Shown here: positions 10,101-18,786 of the stretch, piece by piece
Layout: every line of letters begins with the position of its first letter
Position numbering within the stretch: position 1 is the first letter of the stretch
From: an uncultured Verrucomicrobiota bacterium
Lineage (GTDB): Bacteria; Verrucomicrobiota; Verrucomicrobiia; Limisphaerales; UBA1100
NCBI GenBank assembly: GCA_964448875.1
Contig: CAYUXV010000340.1
Span: 1 to 49,478, forward strand
Length of the DNA: 49,478 nt
Direction: 5' to 3'
Translations under genes and position numbers: made by a program
The notes under the pieces: generated by a model
The model's input: only the letters and a program-made list of their open reading frames with translations
The model's database searches: none
Told to the model about the DNA's origin: nothing

Positions 10101-10604
10101 AGAAAAATCCGGGAGATGGAGAGTGGAGATGAACCTTCATATATCATAGCAATGACAGCTAATGCACGCGAAGAGGATCGCAAGGAATGCATCATGGCAG
10201 GAATGAACGATTTTATTAGCAAACCGGTTCAATTAGCTGAATTAGAAAGGTCGATAAACAAAGCAATGGGAGGAATGAAAGCACCTGAATCACTTACTAA
10301 AGAAGTACTTCCAAGGGATACTCTCCGCGAGATTCTTCCGCTTTATATTAAACAGGCACGGAAATTGGTTGAAGAAATCCATGCGGCAGAAGCAGCAAAA
10401 GATAATAATAAAATTCGGGAGATTAGCCACCAGCTTAAGGGAAGCAGTGCAAATATTGGCGCGCACGCATTCGCTAAATTATGTGGCGATCTTGAGGACG
10501 CGGCGACCCAAGAAGATTCGAAATTGGTTTATTCGATGTTGCCAATGCTCGAAGTGCAATTAGACCTAGTCGAATCAGACCTAACCCGTATAGCAACAAC
10601 ATAG
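7173..10604 (+). CDS. cytoplasmic hybrid sensor histidine kinase (GAF-like, 3x PAS, HisKA, HATPase, REC, REC, HPt)
   Basis: H-box FLATMSHEIRTPMNAVIGM; G2 box GGTGLGLAISRELVELMQG; REC1 (..DFVLLDLDLPG..ILITT..LVKP); REC2 (RVLVIEDNEIN..IFMDCHMPGMDG..AMTANA..FISKP); HPt (SHQLKGSSANIGA). Several PAS-like repeats are present (e.g. FFEHLEEGIFQTTPDG, LVESIPQNILRKDLDG, LLDNVPDRIYFKD). No TM helix is evident. Confidence 0.88.
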   Translation: MGTVRTEYLESEPQLIAAIKNVCHLAIMICEVDGAAIYQKENNRWNCVIHEGNILIETSWLDEALASRTSSSIENNISGTEMKEGDNGVGFGLCIPFDETDEALCVSHCQPCKISEKQLDVLTQLTRQAEAILKSHQNIALLKASGHKETDLYKSFFEHLEEGIFQTTPDGQYIAANPKLASIYGYDSANQLIDDLHNISEQLYVRPGRRNEFVRSMQETDVITNFESQIRRRDGKEIWISENVRAVRNDKGEVAFYEGTVVDITGKRSMEDALRESELLYHSLVESIPQNILRKDLDGRFIFANNNFCTLMERSWKEIKGRTDHDLFPDELADKYRRDDLRVLETGETYDTIEVHEMPGGGVMHVHVIKTPLSDVDGNITGIQCMFWDVTQRKRVEEELASERDLLRALLDNVPDRIYFKDTVSRFVRCSRALADRLGLNMPEEAIGKTDYDFHPEKEAREFHEDETRIMHTGEAVVNKVEKQTGKDGQSIWASVTKVPFRNRAGILTGIIGISRDITALKHAEEEMAHARDLAQESAQLKAQFLATMSHEIRTPMNAVIGMIDLLLSTKLDDEQREYSEQVQTSAVALLEILNDILDLSKIEAGYLELENTQFNLRELVEDVLELYTLKAQEKGVELACYVSPECASLFQGDSGRLRQILLNLVSNSIKFTEQGTVRLTVNQVKNNLIRFEVRDTGIGVSKELQSSIFEAFRQADGSTTRKYGGTGLGLAISRELVELMQGELGVESEEGSGSKFWFEVPLDKIDEPSAGEVPELNGKSLILCVPDGFVRQALLAFANEWNIKVETVVDVAAAQRLTSSSVEIDFVLLDLDLPGGDCLDLVKFIQQHSPEAKVILITTRAHKFDAAAIREIGVSGTLVKPIKFNRMKKALSRPEFKETPSETLSINPLLERNLRVLVIEDNEINQRVAQLQLEKLHCQVKIRSCGESVLDEKLSKFDLIFMDCHMPGMDGFEATRKIREMESGDEPSYIIAMTANAREEDRKECIMAGMNDFISKPVQLAELERSINKAMGGMKAPESLTKEVLPRDTLREILPLYIKQARKLVEEIHAAEAAKDNNKIREISHQLKGSSANIGAHAFAKLCGDLEDAATQEDSKLVYSMLPMLEVQLDLVESDLTRIATT

Positions 10605-10647
10605 GTCTTCTTTTGACAAACTGAACCAACAGCCTAAGCTGACTCAA

Positions 10648-11136
10648 ATGGATGTTTTGCACGCGCCGTGGCGTATAGAATATATACAAGCCCAGAATAA
10701 TGAAAACAAGGGGCTCCCAATATTTAAATCCATTGCTCAGTCGGCTGAGGATGAAGCTAATTACGTTATTTCGAGGACACATTCATCTTTTGCGTTGTTA
10801 AATAAATATCCATACAACGGAGGGCATGTACTAGTTGTTCCTTACAAGGAAACCGCAGACTTGGACTCCTTAACTGATGATGAAACTCTAGACCTCATGA
10901 AACTAGTGCGGCGATGCAAACAAGCAATTTGTGAAACCATGAATCCCGATGGGTTTAATATTGGAATAAACCTCGGCCATGTTGCCGGGGCAGGCATAGA
11001 AGAGCATCTGCACATACATATAGTCCCCCGCTGGCTCGGGGATGTAAACTTCATGCCAGCCGTTGGCCAAACATCAGTTTTGCCGGAAGCACTTTTAGAA
11101 ACTGCTTCAAAATTGCGTAAATCATTGAATCGCTGA
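10648..11136 (+). CDS. HIT family nucleotide hydrolase/transferase
   Basis: Histidine triad EEHLHIHIVPRW, together with the NKYPYNGGHVLVVP motif. Confidence 0.85.
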   Translation: MDVLHAPWRIEYIQAQNNENKGLPIFKSIAQSAEDEANYVISRTHSSFALLNKYPYNGGHVLVVPYKETADLDSLTDDETLDLMKLVRRCKQAICETMNPDGFNIGINLGHVAGAGIEEHLHIHIVPRWLGDVNFMPAVGQTSVLPEALLETASKLRKSLNR

Positions 11137-11138
11137 AC

Positions 11139-12095
11139 ATGGCTTCGCTGACATTGCACTATGAAAATGGCAGACAGGCTCAACAGCTCTTCGATAACGA
11201 TGTAAAAAACCTTCGTCTCCTCAATGATCTGTTGAAAGTACAGGCCACTTCCCGAGACGGCTGGATTCGACTGGAAGGAGAAGAAGATTCAATTAATCGG
11301 GCAAAAGCTGTTTTTGAATCCTTACAACGATCACTCGATTCAGGACAGCGACTCAGCAAAAGAGAATTTCTTAAAGCTGTAGAAACAGTAGGAGAAAATG
11401 GCATAGAAGCGCTCAAAAATCTGAGTGAATGCCAAATCACTACTACGACGCGTAAAGCCGCTGTAACACCCAGAACAATTTCTCAATATGAATACGTGAA
11501 TACCATTAGAACACATGATGTTACAATGGTTGCTGGCCCTGCTGGAACTGGGAAAACATATTTAGCCATGGCCATGGCAGTAAATGCATTCACATGCGGA
11601 GACGTATCACGGATTATTCTCACTCGCCCAGCAGTGGAAGCAGGTGAAGCATTAGGATTCCTGCCGGGAGACTTGAAAGAAAAACTATCGCCATACTTAC
11701 GACCGCTCCATGATGCTCTTATTGACATGATGCCCGCCGAAGAAATACAACGAAACATGGAAAGAGAATCTATTGAAATTGCACCGTTGGCCTACATGCG
11801 AGGGCGCACCTTGAACAATGCATTTGTGATACTAGATGAGGCACAAAATACAACTGGAGAACAAATGTTTATGTTTCTTACACGGCTGGGCAATAACACC
11901 AAAGTCGTAATAACAGGGGATACAACTCAAATTGATTTACCTTCACAAAAGTCATCCGGATTAATTGAAGCCATACAAACACTTAATACTACTCCGGGTG
12001 TGGGAGTAATCGAACTAGGCAAAAGAGACATCGTCAGACATCCACTCGTTCGACAAATAATAAAAGCCTACGAAGAACGGCGCGCCATCAGTTGA
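11139..12095 (+). CDS. phoH: PhoH family ATPase (YbeZ-like)
   Basis: Walker A GPAGTGKTYLAMAMAV and Walker B-like FVILDEAQN. It sits in the conserved position immediately upstream of ybeY. Confidence 0.9.
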   Translation: MASLTLHYENGRQAQQLFDNDVKNLRLLNDLLKVQATSRDGWIRLEGEEDSINRAKAVFESLQRSLDSGQRLSKREFLKAVETVGENGIEALKNLSECQITTTTRKAAVTPRTISQYEYVNTIRTHDVTMVAGPAGTGKTYLAMAMAVNAFTCGDVSRIILTRPAVEAGEALGFLPGDLKEKLSPYLRPLHDALIDMMPAEEIQRNMERESIEIAPLAYMRGRTLNNAFVILDEAQNTTGEQMFMFLTRLGNNTKVVITGDTTQIDLPSQKSSGLIEAIQTLNTTPGVGVIELGKRDIVRHPLVRQIIKAYEERRAIS

Positions 12096-12517
12096 TGAAA
12101 CTATTATCCCTGCGAAACCATCAGCGTGCGGTATCTTTTGACTCCCGCGTAATGAGGCGCAGAATGCTCTGGTTGCTAGAAAATTATTTTGCATGGTCTC
12201 ATTACGAAATTGGAGTTCATTTTGTTTCCAAAAAAAAAATGGGTGTTTTGAATTATGAATACCTTCAGCATGTTGGTCCAACCGATATCCTTACGTTTAC
12301 TTATTCGAAAATGTTACGGCAAGGGGAACTTTTCATTTGCCCTAAAGTAGCTTCTGATAATGCTAATCTACATGGGGTTACGTTAGACCGTGAACTGACC
12401 CGTTACCTCATTCATGGCCTATTACATATGGGCGGTTATGATGACAAGAAACCTGATGAACAAAAAATCATGAAACGTGAGGAAAACCGAATTTTGAGAA
12501 ATTTGGCAGATGGATGA
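12095..12517 (+). CDS. ybeY: rRNA maturation endoribonuclease YbeY
   Basis: TDILTFTY and the metal motif HGLLHMGGYDD. The ATG at 12095 overlaps the phoH TGA, and the track start at 12092 is a TTG. The third canonical His position is Asp (see findings). Confidence 0.85.
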   Translation: MKLLSLRNHQRAVSFDSRVMRRRMLWLLENYFAWSHYEIGVHFVSKKKMGVLNYEYLQHVGPTDILTFTYSKMLRQGELFICPKVASDNANLHGVTLDRELTRYLIHGLLHMGGYDDKKPDEQKIMKREENRILRNLADG

Positions 12518-13151
12518 AAAATCTAATGGCCTCATTTTGCGTATTCGTCAGTTAACGGAGACTAGTTTACTTGTTCATTGGCTGACTTCCAGCCAAGGCA
12601 GAGTAGCTACCGTTGCTAAAGGAGCCCGGCGAACTAAATCGCCTTTTAGCGGAAAACTAGACCTAATGTACGAAGCAGACTTCAGCTTTCGCCGGAGCCG
12701 TCAATCTGAAATACATACACTTACAGAAGTAAGCCAAACCAAAACACATGTCTCCGTGCGTAGAGATATCGACCGTTTACGACTTATGGCTTACGCAACA
12801 CAGTTTATAGAGCAAACAACCGAACCAGAAAACTCTTTGATGGGCATTCATATGATTTTCACCTCTCTGCTGGATCACCTGAGTAATGCAAATTGTCGTC
12901 CTGCATTGGTTTATGCACTAGAAATGAAGCTTCTGAGTGAACTCGGGCTAACACCAGCCCTTAATGAAAGTCGCCTTGATGATCACACTGTTAAATTACT
13001 AGAACAGCTGGCCGTACGTAATTGGGTCGATATCTCTAATCTGAAACCTCAGAAGACACAAGTTATGGCAATGAAAGAATATCTTCACGGTTTTTTGATC
13101 TACAATCTGGGTAAATTACCCAAGGGGCGGGATGCGTTGCTCGCGAGCTAG
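12510..13151 (+). CDS. recO: DNA repair protein RecO
   Basis: N-terminal OB-fold signature GLILRIRQLTETSLLVHWLTSSQGRVATVAKGARRTKS. The gene follows ybeY, as in many bacteria. Confidence 0.85.
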   Translation: MDEKSNGLILRIRQLTETSLLVHWLTSSQGRVATVAKGARRTKSPFSGKLDLMYEADFSFRRSRQSEIHTLTEVSQTKTHVSVRRDIDRLRLMAYATQFIEQTTEPENSLMGIHMIFTSLLDHLSNANCRPALVYALEMKLLSELGLTPALNESRLDDHTVKLLEQLAVRNWVDISNLKPQKTQVMAMKEYLHGFLIYNLGKLPKGRDALLAS

Positions 13152-14929
13152 GCGGGCACTGGATCGACAGGGTCAACCCACTTATCGTGTTCCTTGATTA
13201 GATCGACTAGACGCTCTACTGCATCTTCCTCAGGTATGTTGAATTTCACCGGTTCTTTACCAACATAAAGATTAATTTTTCCAGGTGCACCACCAACATA
13301 GCCAAAGTCGGCATCCGCCATTTCACCAGGCCCATTAACAATACAGCCCATTATAGCAATTTTAACACCTTTAAGATGGACCGTTCGTTCCTTTATTCGA
13401 GCTGTGACATCTTGGAGGTCAAACAACGTCCGACCGCACGATGGGCATGCCACATAGTCAGTTTTAAATGAACGGCAGTTAGAGGCTTGCAATATATTGT
13501 AAGCTAAACGTAAAGATTGTCCCGCACCAATCTCACCACGAATGAGCACGGCATCACCAATGCCGTCAGACAATAGTGACCCAATGACAACGGAGGCTCG
13601 CAGCAAGGCAATCTTTGGCTCTAAGGGTGAATTTTCAAATACAAGATTGTCTTTTAGCAGAATTGGATTGTTAGAACCGAGTGCTTTTAAGCGACTGGCC
13701 AAAAGACGAAAAGCTGTAATAGCAGGCAGCTCAATGTCATCAATAACAGTGATGAGTTGAGTCTCGCAATTTATAACAAAAGATTCACGCGGATCGACTT
13801 CCAGTAGATTTAAGTTTTCATAAATTGCTTCTGGCCTGACATCGTCACCAGGTTTGATGCGTGGCGCGAGTTTGTCCCACGAAGATTGAGTCACCACGAC
13901 GCGAATCGTCTGTTCTCCGCCACAACAAATACTTCCGGAGAGATTTATTTCCGGCGTTAATCTGCGTTCATAATTAAAAGGATTAAAACTCAACGGCAAT
14001 TCAGATATGTCTTTGTCATTTGACAGAATCGGAATTTGCTCGATTAAGTCAGAGCAAAATGCGATCTCGTTTGGAGAATCTTCTGTCAGTGATACCCGAA
14101 TTGTGTCACCCAGCCCATCGCACAGAAGTGATCCAATGCCGATGGCACTTTTGATGCGACCGTCTTCTCCTTCGCCTGCTTCTGTTACTCCAAGATGAAT
14201 CGGATAATTCCAGTCTTCCCCTTCCTCTGATAGTCGAGCAACTAGTAGCCGGTAGCATTCTATTGCCACCTTTGGATTGCTGGATTTCATCGAGAACTTA
14301 AAATTGTGGTAATCTCGAGAACGCGCTATACGGGCAAACTCCAAAGCACTCTCCACCATCCCCAGCGGTGTATCTCCGAATCGATTCATAATACGATCAC
14401 TAAGGGAGCCGTGATTTGTGCCGATTCGCATCGCACGATGTTTTGCTTTGCAGAGATCGACAAGGGGCACAAATTTCTCTTTAATCCGCTCCAGTTCTGC
14501 AGAGTACTCTTTGTCAGAATACTCTCTGATATTAAATTTTTTGGAGTCGGCATAATTACCTGGATTCACACGAACCATTTCAACCCATTTAGCCGCCTCC
14601 ATTGCCGCCTCAGGCTTAAAATGAATATCAGCCACAATGGGAACCTGGCATTTTTGCTTTCGTAACTCGCTGACAATGTTTTCTAGATTTGCCGCATGCC
14701 GAACTGTTTGCGCGGTAATGCGGACAATTTTGCAGCCTGCCTCAACCAGTTCAATTGATTCACGAACGCACGCCTCAGTATCCAGCGTGTTGCATGTAAT
14801 CATGGACTGAGCAACAACTGATTTATTCTCATTGCCCCCAATAATAACGCCACCATTGTCAGGATTCCCTACGACAACTTCACGGGTGACTCTGCGGAAA
14901 TACCGAAATGGTGAAGCGCAGTATTTCAC
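13148..14929 (-). CDS. ispG: 4-hydroxy-3-methylbut-2-enyl diphosphate synthase, long form with inserted domain
   Basis: Shows AQSM..NT.DTEA, the TIM-barrel N-domain and a C-terminal 4Fe-4S domain (ACPSCGRT..GCIVNGPGE). At 593 aa it matches the long (A-A*-B) type known from plants, chlamydiae and some other bacteria. GTG start at 14929, directly abutting the rseP stop. Confidence 0.93.
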   Translation of the reverse strand: MKYCASPFRYFRRVTREVVVGNPDNGGVIIGGNENKSVVAQSMITCNTLDTEACVRESIELVEAGCKIVRITAQTVRHAANLENIVSELRKQKCQVPIVADIHFKPEAAMEAAKWVEMVRVNPGNYADSKKFNIREYSDKEYSAELERIKEKFVPLVDLCKAKHRAMRIGTNHGSLSDRIMNRFGDTPLGMVESALEFARIARSRDYHNFKFSMKSSNPKVAIECYRLLVARLSEEGEDWNYPIHLGVTEAGEGEDGRIKSAIGIGSLLCDGLGDTIRVSLTEDSPNEIAFCSDLIEQIPILSNDKDISELPLSFNPFNYERRLTPEINLSGSICCGGEQTIRVVVTQSSWDKLAPRIKPGDDVRPEAIYENLNLLEVDPRESFVINCETQLITVIDDIELPAITAFRLLASRLKALGSNNPILLKDNLVFENSPLEPKIALLRASVVIGSLLSDGIGDAVLIRGEIGAGQSLRLAYNILQASNCRSFKTDYVACPSCGRTLFDLQDVTARIKERTVHLKGVKIAIMGCIVNGPGEMADADFGYVGGAPGKINLYVGKEPVKFNIPEEDAVERLVDLIKEHDKWVDPVDPVPA

Positions 14930-16672
14930 CTATTGCCCTTGCTGCTGAATCTTTGCATCTCGACTGAAGAGATCCTTAAACAGTGGCATGCGCTTGAAAT
15001 CAAAAAAAGTCACATAAACCATGAACGAGAGCAACATCACGGCGAAAACAGTGGTAGCGTATTCTTGGATACGCACGCTAATTGGCTTGTTACGGATCTT
15101 TTCGATGATGGACATCACAATGTGCCCCCCATCAAGCACAGGAACAGGTAACAGATTGATAATAGCAAGGTTGATATTCAGCAGCACAAGGAAACTTAAT
15201 GCTAATCGGTAGTCCGTGTTCACAAATATGGAAAGCATACTGATGATACCAACCGGACCGGAAAGGTCCTTTGCGCCTACGCCAGTTTCACTGGAGCGGA
15301 AGAGAGCGCTAATCGTTGTAACTGTTTTACTCCAAACATCTTCAATTTGAGCCCATGGTGTTGGGCCAGGCTTGACCTCACGATAGGTTGGAATCTGCGG
15401 TTTAATGTAAATGCCTGCGTCATCACCCAAGGCGATGCCAATCTGTACTCGTTGGGTCTCAGCATCAGTTCGGGGAGTGACAAACAATGCCGTTGTATTA
15501 TTTCCTCTTAGAATTTGAAGCTCTGCCTCTTTATCCGCACTTCCCTGTACCAACCGAATCAGTTGCTGTGTATTTGTCACATCTATCCCGTTAAACTTAA
15601 GTATTAGGTCGCCTTCCTCAACACCTGCCTCCATTGCAGGAGTCGGCGGGATCTCCTGTTCTGCCATCAGACCAATGGAAGTCCAAAAACTATCCCAAGC
15701 ACCGAGCTTAGGTGTAGGCACCCCCAAAACCTTTACGCCTGAATATTTTGGGGTAGTAAAACTGATACTCTCATTCCTATCACCACGCTTAACTAAAATT
15801 GATTTATCCCCCTGCGTTCCCAAAAGCACGTCGGCAAAATGATATTGGCTATAGACGGTAGCTCCATTGACAGAGAGGATATGATCATCAATCTTCAATC
15901 CGATTTCTGTCAGATAGCCTTTATCGTCAATTTCACCAATTATGAGTTGTTCTCGACCAGATAAATGCAACTTTTTAAATCGGCCTCCACTCGTATCAGC
16001 ATGTAAACTGGCATCGTAAGGATTGCCATCGCGTTCGAGGGTGACCGACACTTCAGCGCCTTTTTGGTCGAGTGCTGCTAGTATTACATCCATCCAAGAA
16101 TCTACTGCCTTGCCTGACACCTTGAGAACCTTGTCACCTGGTTGCACATTGGCATAATCACCCTCATCTGTTCCAACATAGCCTACCGTGAGATCTCCTC
16201 CTTGCTTGAGAACTCCAACACCCCAAAGCACAGTAGCGATAACCACTGCAAAAACAATGTTCATAAATGGTCCCGCAAAAGCCACTAGGATTTTTGATAG
16301 TGGAGATACTGGCGGCAATTCCTCCTCTGGCTCATTCCGCTCGTCCTGCTCGTCCTGCTCGTCCTGCTCGCCCTGCTCGTCCTGCTCACCTTCCTCATGG
16401 TCTGTCCTTTCAGGTTTCCCCTCTATCGCCTCACTGGTGAGCATTTGGGGAAGTTTCACAAAACCACCAGCAGGAATCCATCGGACAGAATAGAGAATGC
16501 CATCTTTTTCGCGACTCCACAGTATAGGCCCAAAACCAATTGCAAATTCTTCGACCTTAAGTCCGCGTTTTAGAGCAACCCAAAAATGGCCAAATTCATG
16601 AACAAAGATCGCCGCCCCAAAAAGCAGAATGACAACACCAATAACAAATATAAAATTTAAAATTTCAGCCAT
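14930..16672 (-). CDS. rseP: RIP zinc metalloprotease RseP (site-2 protease) with multiple PDZ domains
   Basis: HEFGHF zinc motif in TM1 and a C-terminal LNINLAIINLLPVPVLDGGH motif. At 580 aa it is longer than E. coli RseP (about 450 aa). It contains an acidic EQD repeat insert. Confidence 0.92.
   Translation of the reverse strand: MAEILNFIFVIGVVILLFGAAIFVHEFGHFWVALKRGLKVEEFAIGFGPILWSREKDGILYSVRWIPAGGFVKLPQMLTSEAIEGKPERTDHEEGEQDEQGEQDEQDEQDERNEPEEELPPVSPLSKILVAFAGPFMNIVFAVVIATVLWGVGVLKQGGDLTVGYVGTDEGDYANVQPGDKVLKVSGKAVDSWMDVILAALDQKGAEVSVTLERDGNPYDASLHADTSGGRFKKLHLSGREQLIIGEIDDKGYLTEIGLKIDDHILSVNGATVYSQYHFADVLLGTQGDKSILVKRGDRNESISFTTPKYSGVKVLGVPTPKLGAWDSFWTSIGLMAEQEIPPTPAMEAGVEEGDLILKFNGIDVTNTQQLIRLVQGSADKEAELQILRGNNTTALFVTPRTDAETQRVQIGIALGDDAGIYIKPQIPTYREVKPGPTPWAQIEDVWSKTVTTISALFRSSETGVGAKDLSGPVGIISMLSIFVNTDYRLALSFLVLLNINLAIINLLPVPVLDGGHIVMSIIEKIRNKPISVRIQEYATTVFAVMLLSFMVYVTFFDFKRMPLFKDLFSRDAKIQQQGQ
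16341..16385 (-). repeat. five tandem copies of a 9-bp unit (TCGTCCTGC on the plus strand), in frame within rseP
   Basis: Read directly: tcgtcctgc x3, tcgccctgc, tcgtcctgc. On the minus strand this encodes ..EQDEQGEQDEQDEQDE.. Confidence 0.95.
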
Positions 16673-16732
16673 TTTGATCCATAAAGAAAACAGCCTAACA
16701 GCGTTCTATATTGAAAGCAATGCAGCAGTCAG

Positions 16733-17884
16733 TTAGTTAGAGGCAAGTCCCACCTTTGCTGTTTTTCGAGCCCAGACATCAGCGTCAACTATTTGATCAA
16801 GTGAAGGGTGCTCGATTACACTGTGGGAATCCATCGTGCGGCCTACCGTAGCAGTAATATCAGTAAAAGAGATTTGTTTGTCGCAAAAGGCCTGCACAGC
16901 TACTTCATTAGCTGCGTTAAGAACGGCGGGAAGTGTGCCTCCTACTTCCCCTGCACGACGGGCATGATTCAGCGACGGAAACCGATCTATGTCCGGCTCT
17001 TGAAAATCTAGCCGCCCAATCTTGGCAAAATCTGTTTGTACGCGATCGCTTGCAGAACGCTTGGGATAAGTAAGCGCATATTGGATAGGCAGGCACATGT
17101 CAGGCGTTGAAATTTGCGCAATTATTGATCCGTCTACAAACTCCACCATAGAATGGATGACGCTTTGAGGGTGCACAACAACGCGGACCTGATCAATTGG
17201 GAGATCAAAAAGCCATCGTGCCTCAATCATTTCTAATCCCTTATTGAATAGGGTTGCGGAGTCGATTGAAATCTTAGGACCCATCACCCAAGACGGATGT
17301 TTAAGTGCGCGATCAACAGTAATCTTTTCAAAATCTTCTTTCGGCGTTTCACGAAAAGGACCTCCGGAAGCGGTCAGCCAGATCTGACGAACAGATTCTG
17401 TTGGTTTACCATCAAGACATTGAAAGATTGCAGAGTGTTCGCTGTCAACAGCGAGAACCTTTACTCCATATTTGCGTGCCTCAGCCATGACGATTTCACC
17501 AGCCATCACTAGTATTTCTTTAGAAGCAACGGCAATATCCTTACCAGCTCTGATCGCTGCTAAAGCTGGCTGAAGTCCCGCAATTCCAACAATAGCAATC
17601 AGGACGACATCCGCATCCGGTAAAATGGCGAGTTTAATCAAACCTTCAGAGCCACAATAAACATCGAGCCCACGTTTGTATTCATTTGTTAATTCTTTAG
17701 CCGCAATAGGATTAGCAAGCGAAACAGCTTGCGGATTGAATTGCTGCACTTGTTCACGAAGAAGACTTGCATTATGCCCTGCAGCAAGACCGATAAGTTG
17801 GATTTCGTCTGGCAAGTCTTCGGCAACCTTGCAAGTGCTTGTGCCAATAGAGCCAGTACTGCCCAATAAAACAACTTTTTTCAT
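16733..17884 (-). CDS. dxr: 1-deoxy-D-xylulose 5-phosphate reductoisomerase
   Basis: N-terminal LGSTGSIGTST NADPH-binding motif with full-length Dxr-like sequence. ATGA overlap with the cdsA stop. Confidence 0.95.
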   Translation of the reverse strand: MKKVVLLGSTGSIGTSTCKVAEDLPDEIQLIGLAAGHNASLLREQVQQFNPQAVSLANPIAAKELTNEYKRGLDVYCGSEGLIKLAILPDADVVLIAIVGIAGLQPALAAIRAGKDIAVASKEILVMAGEIVMAEARKYGVKVLAVDSEHSAIFQCLDGKPTESVRQIWLTASGGPFRETPKEDFEKITVDRALKHPSWVMGPKISIDSATLFNKGLEMIEARWLFDLPIDQVRVVVHPQSVIHSMVEFVDGSIIAQISTPDMCLPIQYALTYPKRSASDRVQTDFAKIGRLDFQEPDIDRFPSLNHARRAGEVGGTLPAVLNAANEVAVQAFCDKQISFTDITATVGRTMDSHSVIEHPSLDQIVDADVWARKTAKVGLASN

Positions 17885-18786
17885 AACGCCCCCAAGCCAT
17901 AACGAAGGTATAAATACATTAAGGGCGCATTAAAGAGCAGGCTGTCCATCAAGTCGAGAATTCCACCTATGCCCGGGAAATAACTGCCGGAATCTTTCAC
18001 ATTAGCCTCACGCTTAAATAACGATTCAACTAAATCTCCAACTACGGAACCAAGCCCCAAAATTATGCCAAGTGAAATTGCGACAACAAAACTCAACTGG
18101 TTTAATTGATTTGCCCAAAAATACAGAAAAGTCACGCTGGTTAAAATAGAGAAGATAATTGCCCCAATAAATCCCTCCCATGTCTTGCCCGGGCTTATAT
18201 TTGGAACCATTTTTCGTTTACCGAAAAGTGATCCGACACAATATGCCCCAGTATCACTCATTTTCGAAGTTACTATAAAAAAAAGCAACCACCATTCCCC
18301 CTCTATTTTTTCGGAAAAACGTATCTTCTGCATTAGATTTATCATTACTACGACATATATTATGCCAAATAGTGTGACCGCAATTGAAGAACTCTTCAGT
18401 TTCTTGGTCGCATAAAATAACTGACATAAGCCGAGTGCAGGAATCAGAAATATCAAAGCTCCGAATTCAATCTGTTCTGCTAAAATAGGTCTTTTAAGAA
18501 TTCCTAGTGCACAAAATACTGAAGCAACCATTAAAACCCCTACAAACAATCCAAAATGTGGGAAGCATGTTAATCTGCATTTGTGTGCAAGATTGAATAA
18601 TTCATGTAATGCAAACCCAGCGAGCAGAATCATGCATGTGCCAAACGAGATGAGTCCAACTGTTTCATTAGGAGCGAAAAGCCCAAGAAACAATATACCA
18701 TAAAGTAACAGTGAGCTTAATAGGCGAGAGGCAAAGACCTTTGCTTTGTTCGGTTCAAAAGCAGTTCTGGGATTCTCATTGTCCAT
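17881..18786 (-). CDS. cdsA: phosphatidate cytidylyltransferase
   Basis: Polytopic membrane protein with SDTGAYCVGSLFGKRKM..PGKTWEG and GGILDLMDS motifs. Confidence 0.9.
   Translation of the reverse strand: MDNENPRTAFEPNKAKVFASRLLSSLLLYGILFLGLFAPNETVGLISFGTCMILLAGFALHELFNLAHKCRLTCFPHFGLFVGVLMVASVFCALGILKRPILAEQIEFGALIFLIPALGLCQLFYATKKLKSSSIAVTLFGIIYVVVMINLMQKIRFSEKIEGEWWLLFFIVTSKMSDTGAYCVGSLFGKRKMVPNISPGKTWEGFIGAIIFSILTSVTFLYFWANQLNQLSFVVAISLGIILGLGSVVGDLVESLFKREANVKDSGSYFPGIGGILDLMDSLLFNAPLMYLYLRYGLGAL

Noticed and set aside
7315-10222. Multiple antisense ORFs of 65-165 aa inside the histidine kinase gene. Similar ones occur inside pnp, ispG, uvrA, thiC, mreB, accD and the TPR gene.
   Set aside because: All lie fully within, and opposite to or out of frame with, long genes that have strong family signatures. 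Their sequences are low-complexity or Ser/Arg/Pro-rich, as is typical of non-coding frames, and I recognised no motif in them.
12230-12239. A run of 10 A's inside ybeY (encoding ..SKKKM..), considered as a possible slippage or phase-variation site
   Set aside because: The frame is intact, it encodes a plausible Lys run, and ybeY is a housekeeping gene. It is more relevant as a place to check for homopolymer sequencing error than as biology.
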